Shown: piece by piece, positions 51,747-63,300 of the stretch
Layout: each line of letters opens with the position of its first letter
How positions within the stretch are numbered: position 1 is the stretch's first letter
Assembly (NCBI RefSeq): GCF_006345805.1
Contig: NW_021833817.1
Location: 1 to 64,000, forward strand
Length of the DNA stretch: 64,000 bases
From: Octopus sinensis
Lineage: Eukaryota
Reading direction: 5' to 3'
Notes under the pieces: model-generated
The model's database searches: none
What the model was told of the DNA's origin: nothing
The model's input: only the letters and a program-made list of their open reading frames with translations
Program-made: the position numbers and the translations under genes

Positions 51747-53582
51747 TAGGGCAACCAATTGCAATTTTTTGCAATTAAATATAATTTAATTAAAATTCGA
51801 TAAATAATAAAGTAATGAATAGACATTAATTTTAATTATATTTTTATTCGATTTAAATTTGCAATTTTTTGCAATTTTTTGTAGTCATTTTACAATTTTT
51901 TGCAATTTTTTAAATTAAAAAAAAATTTTTTTATTAAAAAATAATAATTATAAGTAAAAGATTATTAAAACGTGTTTTTAGTTGTTTGTTGTAATGGGTA
52001 AAAGGACAGTGTCACAGAAAATTTCATTTTATGCAAAGAAATTCCCCGAGTTTGTTATTGACAGTGAAGGGAATTTATTTTGCTCCAATTGCTCAACTGT
52101 TGTACGGTGTGACACAAAATTTTTTGTTGATGCGCACCGTTCTTCAAAAAAACATTAAAAGCACACAGTATTTCTTTGAATTTAAATTTATAGAATGGAC
52201 AAATTCATCTCAGAGTTCACAAACATTTCTTTCGGCGATAACGGATACTCGAAAGGATTGGGGGATCAAAGTAACACAAGCGTTTTTGGAGGCAAACATA
52301 CCAATTTATAAAATCAGACATCCTTCCCTCATACGGCTTTTTGAGCAGGAAACATATCCTTGCCATCTGAATCATCTTGCAGGTTAAATGTTAAAGAAAT
52401 ATCAAAATATAAAATTAATACCATTCAGACTCATTTACTGTTGTTTTTTTAAGTTATTCAATAGTGGGGAATGTGTTTTTTTTTGTTTGTGATGAAGCCC
52501 AAATCAATGGAACTCGTTTTTTAATTACTTTGATTGGAAAATCTCCACTCCAAAAAATCTTCATTAGTATCGTGTACCAATCTATATTATCCGCCTACTA
52601 CTTCAACAATTTGTTGAGGTGGACAAAGTAATAAAGAAATTTTCTATTGAACGTGAAAATTTTATATTATTCGTTACAGATGGGGCGAGATATATGACCA
52701 GTGGTATATATAAATAAATTTAATTTTAGCTGGGGCATCAATGAAATTGATATACCAAAATCTTTTCCACGTGACTTGCGTGTCACATTTATTGCACAAC
52801 TGTGCTCTAAAGATTAAGGCATCTTCGCAGATGTTGATGAATTGATTTCGTCTATAAAGGCTGCCACAGTCAAAAACAAAAGACGTTTGGAGATGTTTTC
52901 ACGAATCGGAAATCCACCCGAAGTTGTGGTTACAAGATGGGGAAGCTGGCTAAAAGCAGCAAAATTACTCCCAGAATCTTCCAGAAATTATTAAAATCGT
53001 ATCTGAATTTGAAGGAGATGGAGTTTTAATACAAAATGTTTTAGTTTTTAATTATTTTAGGCAAAAAAATCAGTGAATAATCCTACGTTGTTTCCAAGCT
53101 TAACCCAAATCAGTTCAAATTATTTGGGATTAATTGAAATGATTTCAAATACTGAATTGCTTGATTACTCCATTGCAACAGCTTATGGTGATCTAAACAC
53201 CCTAGACTTTACATCAGATCCATGCGACATAAAATCCTATATATCAAAAAAGCTTGAGAAATCAGGAATACTAAGTATTCTTGAATTCTCAAATAAGAAT
53301 CTATCGCCAGAAGTTTATTCACATCTCAGAAAATGTAGCGCAAGTTCAGCATCTATCGAAAGGGCAATATCTCTTTTGACGAAAATTCTTAGTAAAGAGA
53401 GGAACTTTAAACCTGAAAATGTTCAGGAATATTTGATTTCCTATTACAATAAATAATTTCGTTAATTTTTTGCATAATGTAATGTTTACAATTAAAAAAA
53501 ATTATTTTTGCAATTTTTTACAATTTTTAAAATTCATTTTTGCAATTTTTTTATTAAAAAGTGCAATTTTTTGGTTGCCCTA
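51747..53582 (+). mobile_element. hAT element (CGGBP1-like transposase family), full-length, frameshifted, two micro-introns
   Basis: TIR TAGGGCAACCAA / TTGGTTGCCCTA, TSD TTATGAA(T), subterminal TGCAATTTTT repeats. Motifs FLEANIPIYKIRHP, VTDGARYM, FHVTCVSHLLHNC, TRWGSWL and SASIERAISL. Introns 52704-52729 and 53038-53060. Confidence 0.92.
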
Positions 53583-54908
53583 TTATGAATCATTATATGT
53601 GATTTTTCATGCGGTTCTTTAAGGGCACTTCAAAAAGGTGAAAAAGACACAGGCACTGACCTCTGATCTAGATTGCGAAAAATTTTTGATTTTTACTCCA
53701 GTTAACGGGATTCTTAAAGGATCTTTCTCTTTGCCAGGGACCTCTTCTTCTCTCTTTGCATTCAAAGAAAAGAACAGTTTCATTCGGCGATTATTATCGG
53801 GAATTACTTCTAAAGACTTGCAGCCAATGCTTCTGCATATTTCGGTGTCTTTTTTGGCATAAACCGGAGTCGTACTGTATTCAGTTGTTGATCATCACGA
53901 TCATATCCGCAGAGCATTGCAGTTTTTGCTGTGTCCAGTGTACACCTGACGTTTCATAAAACGCCTGTTACAGTTTAACAGTCACTTGGGCCGTACCAAT
54001 AACCGCAGCAGGTCTCCAAGGTTAGCAGCTTCTGGTCAATAGATAAACGCTGGTAAGGAAAGTCAGCAAACTAGATCTATACCTTTTGTAAAAGGATTGG
54101 CTCTATGGGTTGAGTCTTTACTGCTGTTTTTTTGATTGCCGCGTAAGTGGTAGTTGAGCATTGAGTGGTAGGACAGTGAACAACCAAAATAGAACTGGCA
54201 CGGAGAAGGGGAATCTGACTGTGTAATAACACCAAAGCAGTGCGATAGCCGTAAACGGTTTTGACTTTGATTTTAGTCACGACCAACTCTCCGTCAAAAT
54301 TTCGTATTTATGCTATTTTTCAACATGAACTTGTTTCAAGCAATCACGGAGAGTAATACGAGTAATTTTATTTCTTATTCATACAGCAAAAATATCCAAT
54401 TGTTACATTGAAAATTTTGTTCGTAATTGTTCAGAATTGACGCGCATTTCAACATTTTCTGTAAATAAAATTTACTGAACGGTGACTTCCTAAAGAAATA
54501 CAAGTGCCTTCTGACATATTCTCTGTTGAGGATTTTCCAAATTACGCGTTGCCAAATGACTTATAATTTAATGCCTCTCAATCACTGGTTTCACAATGCT
54601 CCCTTGTTAAAAACAAGTTTGTACTCAGTTCTGGCAAAAATATTTTCTCAGGAGATTTAGAATAATTCTCCCCAATGTAAGATTGTAAAAATCAGAAGAC
54701 CTGAAAATATATTTGGCCATTATGTACCAATTTAAAGATAACCAGTCCATGTCAAAATGAAATTAAAATTGTTGTCTTATTAAGAAATTTCTAGTATTCA
54801 ATGCCTTCGCCTTAAAAAAATTATTTTTTACTTATTTTTGGTAAATTAAAAAAATGTTGTGTTGTAAAAGAAAATAACAATAACATTTAAGTAGTCTTGG
54901 TAACCACA

Positions 54909-55700
54909 ATGAAAAAAGCCGAATTTCGAGTTGACGTGTCATCAGTTGTAAGCTCTACAGAAGACCTATCAACTTCGAGCAGACAGACGTGGAAAGGGGA
55001 ATCCATGAAAGTATCAATAGAAACTCTAAATTGTCAAAAAAATAAACATTTAACCCAATAGAACATCACGCAATGATACAAAAAAAGACATTTACTCGCT
55101 GGCTTAACAGTCGTTTAATACTTGTAAGCATTTTCGGTTGATTAACGTTTCCTAGGCGAGAATGCCTGACCGAGTAACCGACATTTACAAAGATTTGGCA
55201 GACGGGAGAATCCTCATCAAACTAATCCAAGCTTTATCAGGAGAAGTTCTCGTAAGTCGTCAACTAATGTCGGCAGCCAGTCGAGGACCACCCAAATATG
55301 TTGAAGATTCATAGCCAGATTAACCTAAGCAACGCAATCCAATTTCTACAAGACTACACTGTAAGACAAGTCTGATAATTGGGTGTTAGATTATTTTAGG
55401 TCTTCTTTGGATCATTATACTACGCTTCCAGGTGATCCCAGTCTTGAATAGTCCTCGCTGATATGCTGTCTGTCCAATATTCTGGGACGTGTGCTCTAAA
55501 AACCGATTTCACCAGACTTGGGAGGAGGACTATGAGAGGAAGGTTAAAGGATCTGACCAACTCGATGAGAAGATATGTCCTCAATAACTTTATGGACGGA
55601 GCAAGACAGGTCTTTGAGTGTACTTATTCCAGGACTCACTTGACTATTTTATGGGCAAATTAGTAGTCAGTGACGCATTTGTTGCCAATAGACTGGAGCG
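54909..55700 (+). pseudogene. Beta-spectrin/actinin-family gene relic (CH1 domain plus a spectrin-repeat remnant)
   Basis: IQKKTFTRWLNSRL|...[21 protein letters not shown]|...NLSNAIQFLQ|IILGLLWIIILRFQ|. Introns 29, 32, 25, 29 and ~20 nt. Internal deletions, stops and frameshifts. Confidence 0.85.
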
Positions 55701-55994
55701 GGACAGTATGTGGAGTAGATTGATAGTGGTGCTTGATTAGTGGTCTTATTGTAGATTATGATCACGCTACTATCACTGCCTACATTGCTTACTCTGTCTT
55801 GCTTTCTGTTTGGATATCCGGGGGTTAATAAATGTGGTGTTGTCGCGGGAATTGTCACGACTATATCACTATATTTCAACAAGAATACACTCATCGACTA
55901 TCCATATAATCTTAATAATAAAATGGTATGGTGTGTGTCTGTCTGTCTGTCTGTGTGTCTGTCTGTCTGTGTGTGCACACCAACTTCAAATTGG

Positions 55995-56700
55995 CACTAC
56001 GATGTCCTCGACTTACATGATGAGGTCCTTAAAACCTTCCCCCCAAAAAAATTAAAAAAAAATTTTCTGCATTTTGGTTAAAATGAACAACTACAATGTC
56101 CTCGACTTACATGATGAAGTCCTTAAAACCTTCCCCCCAAAAAAAATTAAAAAAAAATTTTCTGCATTTTGGTTAAAATGAACAACTACGATGTCCTCGA
56201 CTTACATGATGAAGTCCTTAAAACCTTCCCCCCAAAAAAAATTAAAAAAAAATTTTCTGCATTTTGGTTAAAATGAACAACTACAATGTCCTCGACTTAC
56301 ATGATGAAGTCCTTAAAACCTTCCCCCCAAAAAAAATTAAAAAAAAATTTTCCGCATTTTGGTTAAAATGAACAACTACATGTCCTCGACTTACATGATG
56401 AAGTCCTTAAAACCTTCCCCCCAAAAAAATTAAAAAAAAATTTTCTGCATTTTGGTTAAAATGAACAACTACAATGTCCTCAACTTACATGATGAAGTCC
56501 TTAAAACCTTCCCCTCCAAAAAAAATTAAAAAAAAATTTTCTGCATTTTGGTTAAAATGAACAACTACAATGTCCTCGACTTACATGATGAAGTCCTTAA
56601 AACCTTCCCCCCAAAAAATCAAAAAATTATTTTCTGCATTTTGATTAAAATGAACAACGCGAATGTCCTCGACATTCATGATGAGGTCCATTAAAACCTT
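55995..56700. repeat. Tandem array of ~94-bp units (~7.5 copies) inside the Helitron
   Basis: Unit AACTAC.ATGTCCTCGACTTACATGATGAAGTCCTTAAAACCTTCCCCCCAAAA...TTTTCTGCATTTTGGTTAAAATGAAC. Nearly identical except at homopolymers. The last unit is diverged. Confidence 0.97.
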
Positions 56701-56915
56701 CAAGGCAAAAATCTCACGTATTAAGAATATCCTTGATGAAAACGACAGCGAGAATATTAACAATGATGAACTCCCAATTATTCGCGATAAAAAAATTCAA
56801 TTCATCCTATGTTTTTCTCTTTAAAATTAAATGCATATATCATTATCGACCATGAATCAAAATTAAAGCTATTATCATATTTGACTTTGACAGAATGTGC
56901 AATCACAGATTGCAC

Positions 56916-57116
56916 GACTTTGAATAGAGTGTGCAATTAACAGATTTTGAAAAACCACTTTGATAGTTGAAACCACATTAGCACAATCATTAACACAATT
57001 TACCACCAATTGACGCACGACCTTGAATAGAGTGTGCAATTAACAGATTTTGAAAAACACTTTGATAGTTGAAACCACATTAGCACAACCATTAACACAA
57101 TTTACCACCAATTGAC
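56916..57116. repeat. Direct duplication of an ~100-bp unit inside the Helitron
   Basis: GCACGAC.TTGAATAGAGTGTGCAATT...CCACCAATTGAC occurs twice. Confidence 0.9.
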
Positions 57117-57937
57117 AAGCGCAATCAGAAGAATTTGCGTAAAAATATTAACTATTTACTTGAGTTTTTCGTAAAGATAGAATTTATTTTCGGTATGCCT
57201 CTTTTCCTAAACTTTTTATTATTCAAAAATAATTTTTTAAATAGATAACCGAAGGAGGAAAAACGAAGCTGAAGAAAAAACGGTCAGCTTAATAAGGTAA
57301 TTAATTAAATCTTTTTTGTGTGTCGCTTTTTTGTGTGTCGCTTTCTTGCCTGCCGCATCTCTGCCCTGCGCATTTCCGCCTGCCGCATCTCCCCCTGCCC
57401 CATTTCCGCCAGTAAAAATAAAAAAGAAAAAAAAAGGAAATTACAAAGGAAAAATGAAAAAATTAAATATAAAAAAAAATAAACCACAAAAAATGAAAAA
57501 AAAGTTTGCAATGACAATAAACAAGGCCCAGGGACAGTCATTAAAGGTAGTTGGGTTATTTTTAGAGTGAGTGCTTTTCACATGGACAGCTGTATGTGGG
57601 ATGCTCGAGGGTAGGCAGAAGAGAAAATTTATTCATATATGCCAAGGAAGGACGGACGACAAACATCGTTTATCAACAGGCGATAGAATAGGGTTACATC
57701 AAACCAGGTAGTTTTATACATCTACATAAACTTATAGTTGTTTGATGAAACAGGCCCTCCGCAGGAGCTAGGTCGCGGTGAGCGAAGCGAGCTGCCGAGC
57801 TAGTAAATCATATTAATATTTTAATTTTGTGGTGCTAACTAAGTATTTGCTGTTCTAGAATAACTGTTTTCATTTACTTTAAGTATATTTGAGTACGTAA
57901 ACTGACGAAGACACTTTTAGTAGTGACAATGATATCT

Positions 57938-59335
57938 TTATTTTGTAATTGAAAGATGTTTGTTAATATATTTGGCAATATAATCTCCACTAATACGGTA
58001 GTTGACAGATAACAACACATCATTTATTAGGTTGTTTATTTCAGATTTCCTCCCGCTACGTATTCGATTGACCTATTTTATAACAAGAAAAGGGATACCT
58101 CAGTAGCTGATTTATTGCCTAGTATATCACTGACGACATTCTTCAACATATCTTTAGCAAAAGATTCATCCAATGCTCTCCAGTTGTTGAGATTTATTAG
58201 TCTATCGACAAACATCGTCGCCTCGGCTGGAGAACTTCCATCGAACGATTCCGCCTCCCGGATGGCCTAGACTAAATCAGTTTAATAAAACCATAATAAA
58301 GACATGTCTTGTAATACTTCCATTATAAAAAAGCACAGACAAGGCTCCTACAAACAATGAGCGTTTCTTTCTAAAAAAAATTACAAAAATATGAACATGT
58401 CGTCAATGTCATGTGGAATGACATATTCCGTGGTGGAATGGAATAGCAATCGGTATAAAAATTGTCCAGGAATTTTGAATTTTTTACAAATATCAGTGAA
58501 GAATAAAAGCGAATCGGGATGTCTCTAAGACCATAAAAAAGTCAAGTACAGTCAGTTCAATCGACTGAAGAAGAGAGAGCCGACAAGATTCAATCAGATA
58601 CTGCCGTGATTCTCGATTTGTCAACCCCAACTGCCTTTGAATGGACGATACCTCACTTTCCTCTATTACTAGAGGCGGGAGATTCGTTTCCGGCATGAAT
58701 CGATAGTCAAAGTGATCGTCCTTTAATCTGAGTGGAACAGTACATCTGTAGTCAACAAACTCAAAAAACCGGGTGACATGGTCGCATGATCTCGTCTCAC
58801 TGATCCAGATTTTCCCAGCTTCCAGGAGTTTACTTTGTCTCATATTTTCATATTCTACATTTGGAGAAGTATTTAGTTACTTATTGCCCGAGATATCGAC
58901 AAGAGACTGTTTAGATTCTTCACTTTCACTCTTTTCCCAATTGGTTCATTCTTGTCCACTGATATGTTTACATCGACACGTATTTCCCTCTCTAAAAATA
59001 GTCGGACAAGCTCCACCCTCCAATCTGGCTCGACTAATTCCCAGAGACTTGATTACACTCATCAGTTCAATCCGCAGACCTGTTCGGATGACGAGAAGAC
59101 GGGGTAAGTGACAATCTCAAGTAAACCAACTCCTTTGGAATGTTAAAGTAGAATACAACATCTGTTTAGGTCTAAAAGTCTGACTGAGGAGTCGTTTGAC
59201 AGAATAGACTTGGCAGTGTCCTGTTCAAGAATGATACTTTTGATAGTGGCATATAAAGGAGTTATAGTTCCGGTTAGAGTTTTGGGGAAGTATTCAAGTC
59301 GGCCCTCCTCTGTCAGAGGAGTCCGCTTTTGGCAG
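57938..59335 (-). pseudogene. GATB: Glu-tRNA(Gln) amidotransferase subunit B (GATB/PET112), 5'-truncated, with micro-introns
   Basis: ILEQDTAKS, LDLNRC|xVGLLEIVTYP, RVDVNISV...VKNLNS, ETRS, DYRFMPETNLPPL and a Yqey-like tail ending in TAA at 57938. About eight introns of 24-27 nt. An inferred 7-nt deletion near 59070. No N-terminal third upstream. Confidence 0.88.
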
Positions 59336-60089
59336 ACTGCGTCCTTGCCTTGAATTCTGCTTGTTGACCGAATCTATGAAATTGTCTAAATACAATTGTT
59401 TCTGCGAACGCTTTTGCTTTCAGGCAAATGCCGTAAAAACGTTCTGTGATTTTAGTTCCAAGACTCTTGCTTATTTTAATAAACTTTGTGCGCCTATCCT
59501 TCGAGAGATCATAAAAAATTCAAATTCCTTATTCAGAGGATCTTGCTGTTTTACGTGGGAATTGTCCCACAATTCTGCGAGCCAGTTCTGGTTAGTGTCT
59601 CTTTTTTCCTTTTTGTTAGTTTTTTATAATTGATTACAATCAATGGTTAAAATAATATGATTTATTCAAGGTTAAATTAAGATTTTTTAAGATAAAATTT
59701 AAACGGTAAAAGCTCTAAAAACTGAGACTAAAAGTTAATTTTGGTTTTGTCCAGTTGATTAGACTAAGTTTCTCAATTATTTTATACAATCAAAATTTTA
59801 ATAAACTGATTGTACATTCGAAATCTCAGACGTTAGGCCCGTCCCTTACATAAAACATTTTGCAATGATCTTACTTTCATTCTCCAACGGATTCTCATGT
59901 TCATAAAATAACCTTACTTTTCTTTTTGAAGTTTTTTACAACTAAATTTCACATAATTACCAAGTAAAGTCAGTCAGAGTTCCTAAAGATAAGTGCCTGA
60001 TCTGAAATAATCCACGGCCGTCAAAAACAGAAAAAAATAACTAGTTTCTAACAAAAGTTACATCAAAAAATAAATCATTTATTTACAAT

Positions 60090-60347
60090 ACATGTAGTGT
60101 TTTTCTTTATGTAGGCCCAGGGCTTTGAAGAGGCCATTCAAGTGTTTTATTATTTTTTCGCGTATCCATTCGCAAACAATCGTGGCTGTATGCTTTAAAT
60201 CGTTGTCTTGCATTAGGATGAAATTGTCTAATCCGATTCCCGAAGCAGATTGAAATAGACAAAAGTTGTTTATAATAAGCAGGATTAATTTTCTCACCGA
60301 TAAAGACGATTCTACCGACGCCTTTGGACGAAATACAGCCTCATAAC
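60090..60347 (-). mobile_element. Tc1 transposase remnant, 3' half (5' half at 63397-63500)
   Basis: Joining across the hAT TSD gives TVKLGGGS..ML*GCISSKGVGRIVFI...LMQDNDLKH. Confidence 0.8.
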
Positions 60348-61328
60348 TAGGGCAATTTTTTTTTTAATCTAAAAACTTCGATTTTTTAACCTAAAAATTT
60401 TAACTTTTTAACCTAAAAATAACCAAATTTTAACCTATAAAACAAAAATTTTAACCTAACAAATTTTAACTTAAGAATCATTTATTATACAAACATATAA
60501 CATAATTCTCTATATTTTCAATATTAAAATTTCTGTTATCCCTCATAAAGTTTTTAATTTGAGAGAAGCATCGTTCTATGGAAGAGGATGAAGGCTGACA
60601 CTTTAAAAGCATACAATATTCTTCAGGAGAAATTGATGAATTTGTCATTCTTATAATTTGACATAAATCATTTTTTTGTAATCGTTCATTCAAATTTTTT
60701 CAATTATATCTGATTCGTCGTCAAATTTTAAATTCTTTAGCTCATTGTAAGCTAACTCTATTGAGGAGTGAGAACTTTCAAATTTGCACAATAATTCTGC
60801 TATTATTAAACTAGTTTTACCTGGAATTGTCGAATAATTTCTAACAATAGAACTTAAGCTTTTTACTAGAGATTCATCTCTTAGGCTATTTTTTGCAGCC
60901 TGAACAATGATCCCATCATCAGGAATTGTTTTGAAAATGTTTATCACATGTATTAAATTTTTTGCATAATAAAATGCAGCAGTTAGCCAAGTACCCCATC
61001 TAGTTAAAACTACATGAGGTGGAATTCCAATTTCATTAAATAGTCGTTTTCTCTTGTTATTTTTTGTTATTGCCGCTTGAATTGATGCAATAAGAGAATC
61101 AATTTCAGGATAAATAGTCCTGATTTTCATTGAACAATTATGCATCAGATGAGCAACACAAGTTACGTGAAATAACCTTGGATATAAAAGCTTAAAAACT
61201 TTTCCAGCTATAATTATATGTTAAATTAAAACCTGCTAGCATATATTTAGCGGAATCTGTTATTAGGAGAAGGAAATTTTGTCTTTCAATTAAAACGCAT
61301 TTAATCGTATCGTCAACAATTTGAATAA

Positions 61329-63300
61329 TTTTTTTTTTTTTTTTTTAAACAGACAGACACAACAAAGAATTTAAAGCAATTGGGTGGCTAAGGGAATTGT
61401 CGAGAGCCTGAGGGTCAGCTCAACGATGCCGCGCTGCGTATTGAGTGGCAGTTTCCGCGGAGCACAGCAACCGAGATTCGCTGGAACAGCCAGCTCGTCT
61501 CCCTCCGGTCGTTTGTTTTTGTGGAGATTTTTCTACCAATGGCGGTGAGGAGTTGAGTCGCAGCCTTTCCGACGATTCCAGAGGTTTCGAAGGCGAGGGG
61601 GGCAAACTCAAAAGCGTCCGAAATACACCGGTATTTCGTCCTCTTTGTCTCTTCAGCCAGCGCACTGGCGGAACCCGGGTTTGCGACAGTCCTGGGAAGC
61701 AATGTCGCCGAAAAAGAGTCGACACACGTGGCATCCCAAACCAGGGACTTGCCTTCCCTAAAAGGAAAGGTCGTCATCCCGTCGGGACGCTTGCCGTCGC
61801 TCCGGGAAAGGCCGACTGGCTCTAGGGTGGAAGGGAAACCAGCCGACTCTAGAGCCCTCCTCACAACGTCATTCAGATGAGTGTGACGGGGAATTCTCCC
61901 GGCACTCTTCTTACACGACAAGGCGTGCAAGCCGTTTGACGAAATTGAGGACCCGCACCGGCAAGGGTGGGGCTGGCAGATGTCCAAACCCAATCGTAAG
62001 CTGATCCCAATCCGCAAGGATTCGTCGTCCAGTAGTAACCCCGTACTAGGAGTGGGGAGAGCTTTGAGCCAGTCACCCGTGTGCGGCTGACAGGCGCAGT
62101 TAAGGGTGGCCAGCTGGAGTTGGTCCGACTTGGAGCGAAGTTTTCGTAATGTGTTCGAGCAGAGAATTTCGTCCCAGCCCCTTTGAACTGAAGGGATCGT
62201 GGGAAAATCAAGGTCGAGTGAGCACCACGTACGGCATGCAGATGAGAATTCCGAGAGCTCATTAAGTTCGAGAGAGGGAAGTAGAACTGAGCAAACGGAA
62301 TTCCTGGAAGCCGACATGGATGAGAGATAGCAGGGTAGGGCCAGGTCCGCACAAGAGCGGATCCCGATCCCCCCGAAGCGAGTTGGTAAACTGGCACGGG
62401 TAAAACCGCCACCAGTGAACCTCAAATTGAGGTGGAATGTTAGCGATTGGTGGACAAGATTATCGATTCTGGATAATGAGTCTGTGGCAGCGAAACACGG
62501 GGAGGAACGGAGAATATAGGTCAGTCTGGGGACGAAAAGAAAGTTCTTCAACAAGAAAAACGCAAGATGCGAGCCAAGCCCACGGATCCGATCAGTGAGT
62601 AGTTTAATTTCGTCCCATTTAGACGATAAGGCATTTTCTATGCCTTCAGCGGAAATTGGAGAGCCCAAGATAACTAGATCGCTGGTGGGCGTTAGCCTTA
62701 ACCCAACGATCAGGCTGCTGAGAGAGGAGAATGTGTTGCGGAGAGCGGCGGGGGCAAGAGAAATGTTTACGAGTTCGCATTTTTCGCCGTTAAGAGATAG
62801 TCCGATCTTGGAGAAACCGGAAGTGATTCTCTTAACGTCTTCCATAACGACCTCTGTAGGTCCACCGATCGTCACGTCGTCCAGGTACCAGAAGTTAACA
62901 GTGGAAGAAAGGTTCCGTGCAATGTGGTCAACGGAGAGGGCAAACAGCAATGGGCCCAGTGGGTCACCCTGCTGAATGCCGCATTCTGACATGATGATCT
63001 GATCATGGATCAGAAGGCAGCTTGGGGCAGAGTATGCCAGCTTTACAATTGGGAAGAGAACGGGGCAACGTGCCGAGACCACTTCGAGCAGATGGTCCCG
63101 GCGGACGCAGTTGAATGCGTTGCTGACGTCCAGCTTCACGATGAACTTGCAGTCTTCTGGCTTTGACTGGACAAGTTGGCGAGTGCCGTGCGCGAGAATT
63201 TCGCAGCCACCTTGGACGCCGACACCGTACTGGAAAGGGAGAAACTCCAGACTCAGGGGGGGAACCACCCTGCGGGACATTATCTTGGCCGAGAGTCTCC
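61329..63300 (-). mobile_element. CRE-clade RLE non-LTR retrotransposon, 5'-truncated at the RT N-terminus, poly(A)-tailed
   Basis: Uninterrupted 621-aa ORF, ~70-nt 3' UTR, 18-nt poly(A) (T run 61329-61346). No clear TSD. Confidence 0.95.
61415..63280 (-). CDS. CRE RT + CCHC zinc finger + restriction-like endonuclease
   Basis: PFQYGVG, KLDVSNAFN, GIQQGDPLGP, WYLDD, CRCG...HALSC, RHTHLND, KRPDG, WDATCVD and FQRISVAVLRGN. Confidence 0.95.
   Translation of the reverse strand: MSRRVVPPLSLEFLPFQYGVGVQGGCEILAHGTRQLVQSKPEDCKFIVKLDVSNAFNCVRRDHLLEVVSARCPVLFPIVKLAYSAPSCLLIHDQIIMSECGIQQGDPLGPLLFALSVDHIARNLSSTVNFWYLDDVTIGGPTEVVMEDVKRITSGFSKIGLSLNGEKCELVNISLAPAALRNTFSSLSSLIVGLRLTPTSDLVILGSPISAEGIENALSSKWDEIKLLTDRIRGLGSHLAFFLLKNFLFVPRLTYILRSSPCFAATDSLSRIDNLVHQSLTFHLNLRFTGGGFTRASLPTRFGGIGIRSCADLALPCYLSSMSASRNSVCSVLLPSLELNELSEFSSACRTWCSLDLDFPTIPSVQRGWDEILCSNTLRKLRSKSDQLQLATLNCACQPHTGDWLKALPTPSTGLLLDDESLRIGISLRLGLDICQPHPCRCGSSISSNGLHALSCKKSAGRIPRHTHLNDVVRRALESAGFPSTLEPVGLSRSDGKRPDGMTTFPFREGKSLVWDATCVDSFSATLLPRTVANPGSASALAEETKRTKYRCISDAFEFAPLAFETSGIVGKAATQLLTAIGRKISTKTNDRRETSWLFQRISVAVLRGNCHSIRSAASLS

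Larger units (their letters stand above)
55910..57803 (+). mobile_element. Non-autonomous Helitron (~1.9 kb)
   Basis: A|TC 5' end followed by a (GTCT)n/(GT)n tract. PIF1-helicase C-terminal remnant FAMTINKAQGQSL...CSRVG...NIVY at 57506-57690. GC-rich subterminal palindrome-like segment, then CTAG|T. Confidence 0.88.

Noticed and set aside
53600-54300. Coding-like GC-richer segment (also 18560-18900, 27420-27760, 49650-49950, 50100-50700)
   Set aside because: These are probably further decayed gene fragments, but I could not assign a family or a consistent exon structure.
55995-56700. CRISPR-like array
   Set aside because: The units are repeated in full with no unique spacers, the context is eukaryotic, there are no cas genes, and the array lies inside a Helitron.
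58075-58275. Gag-like ORF with an in-frame TAG
   Set aside because: Re-parsing shows the TAG is a splice acceptor and the frame is the GATB C-terminal domain.
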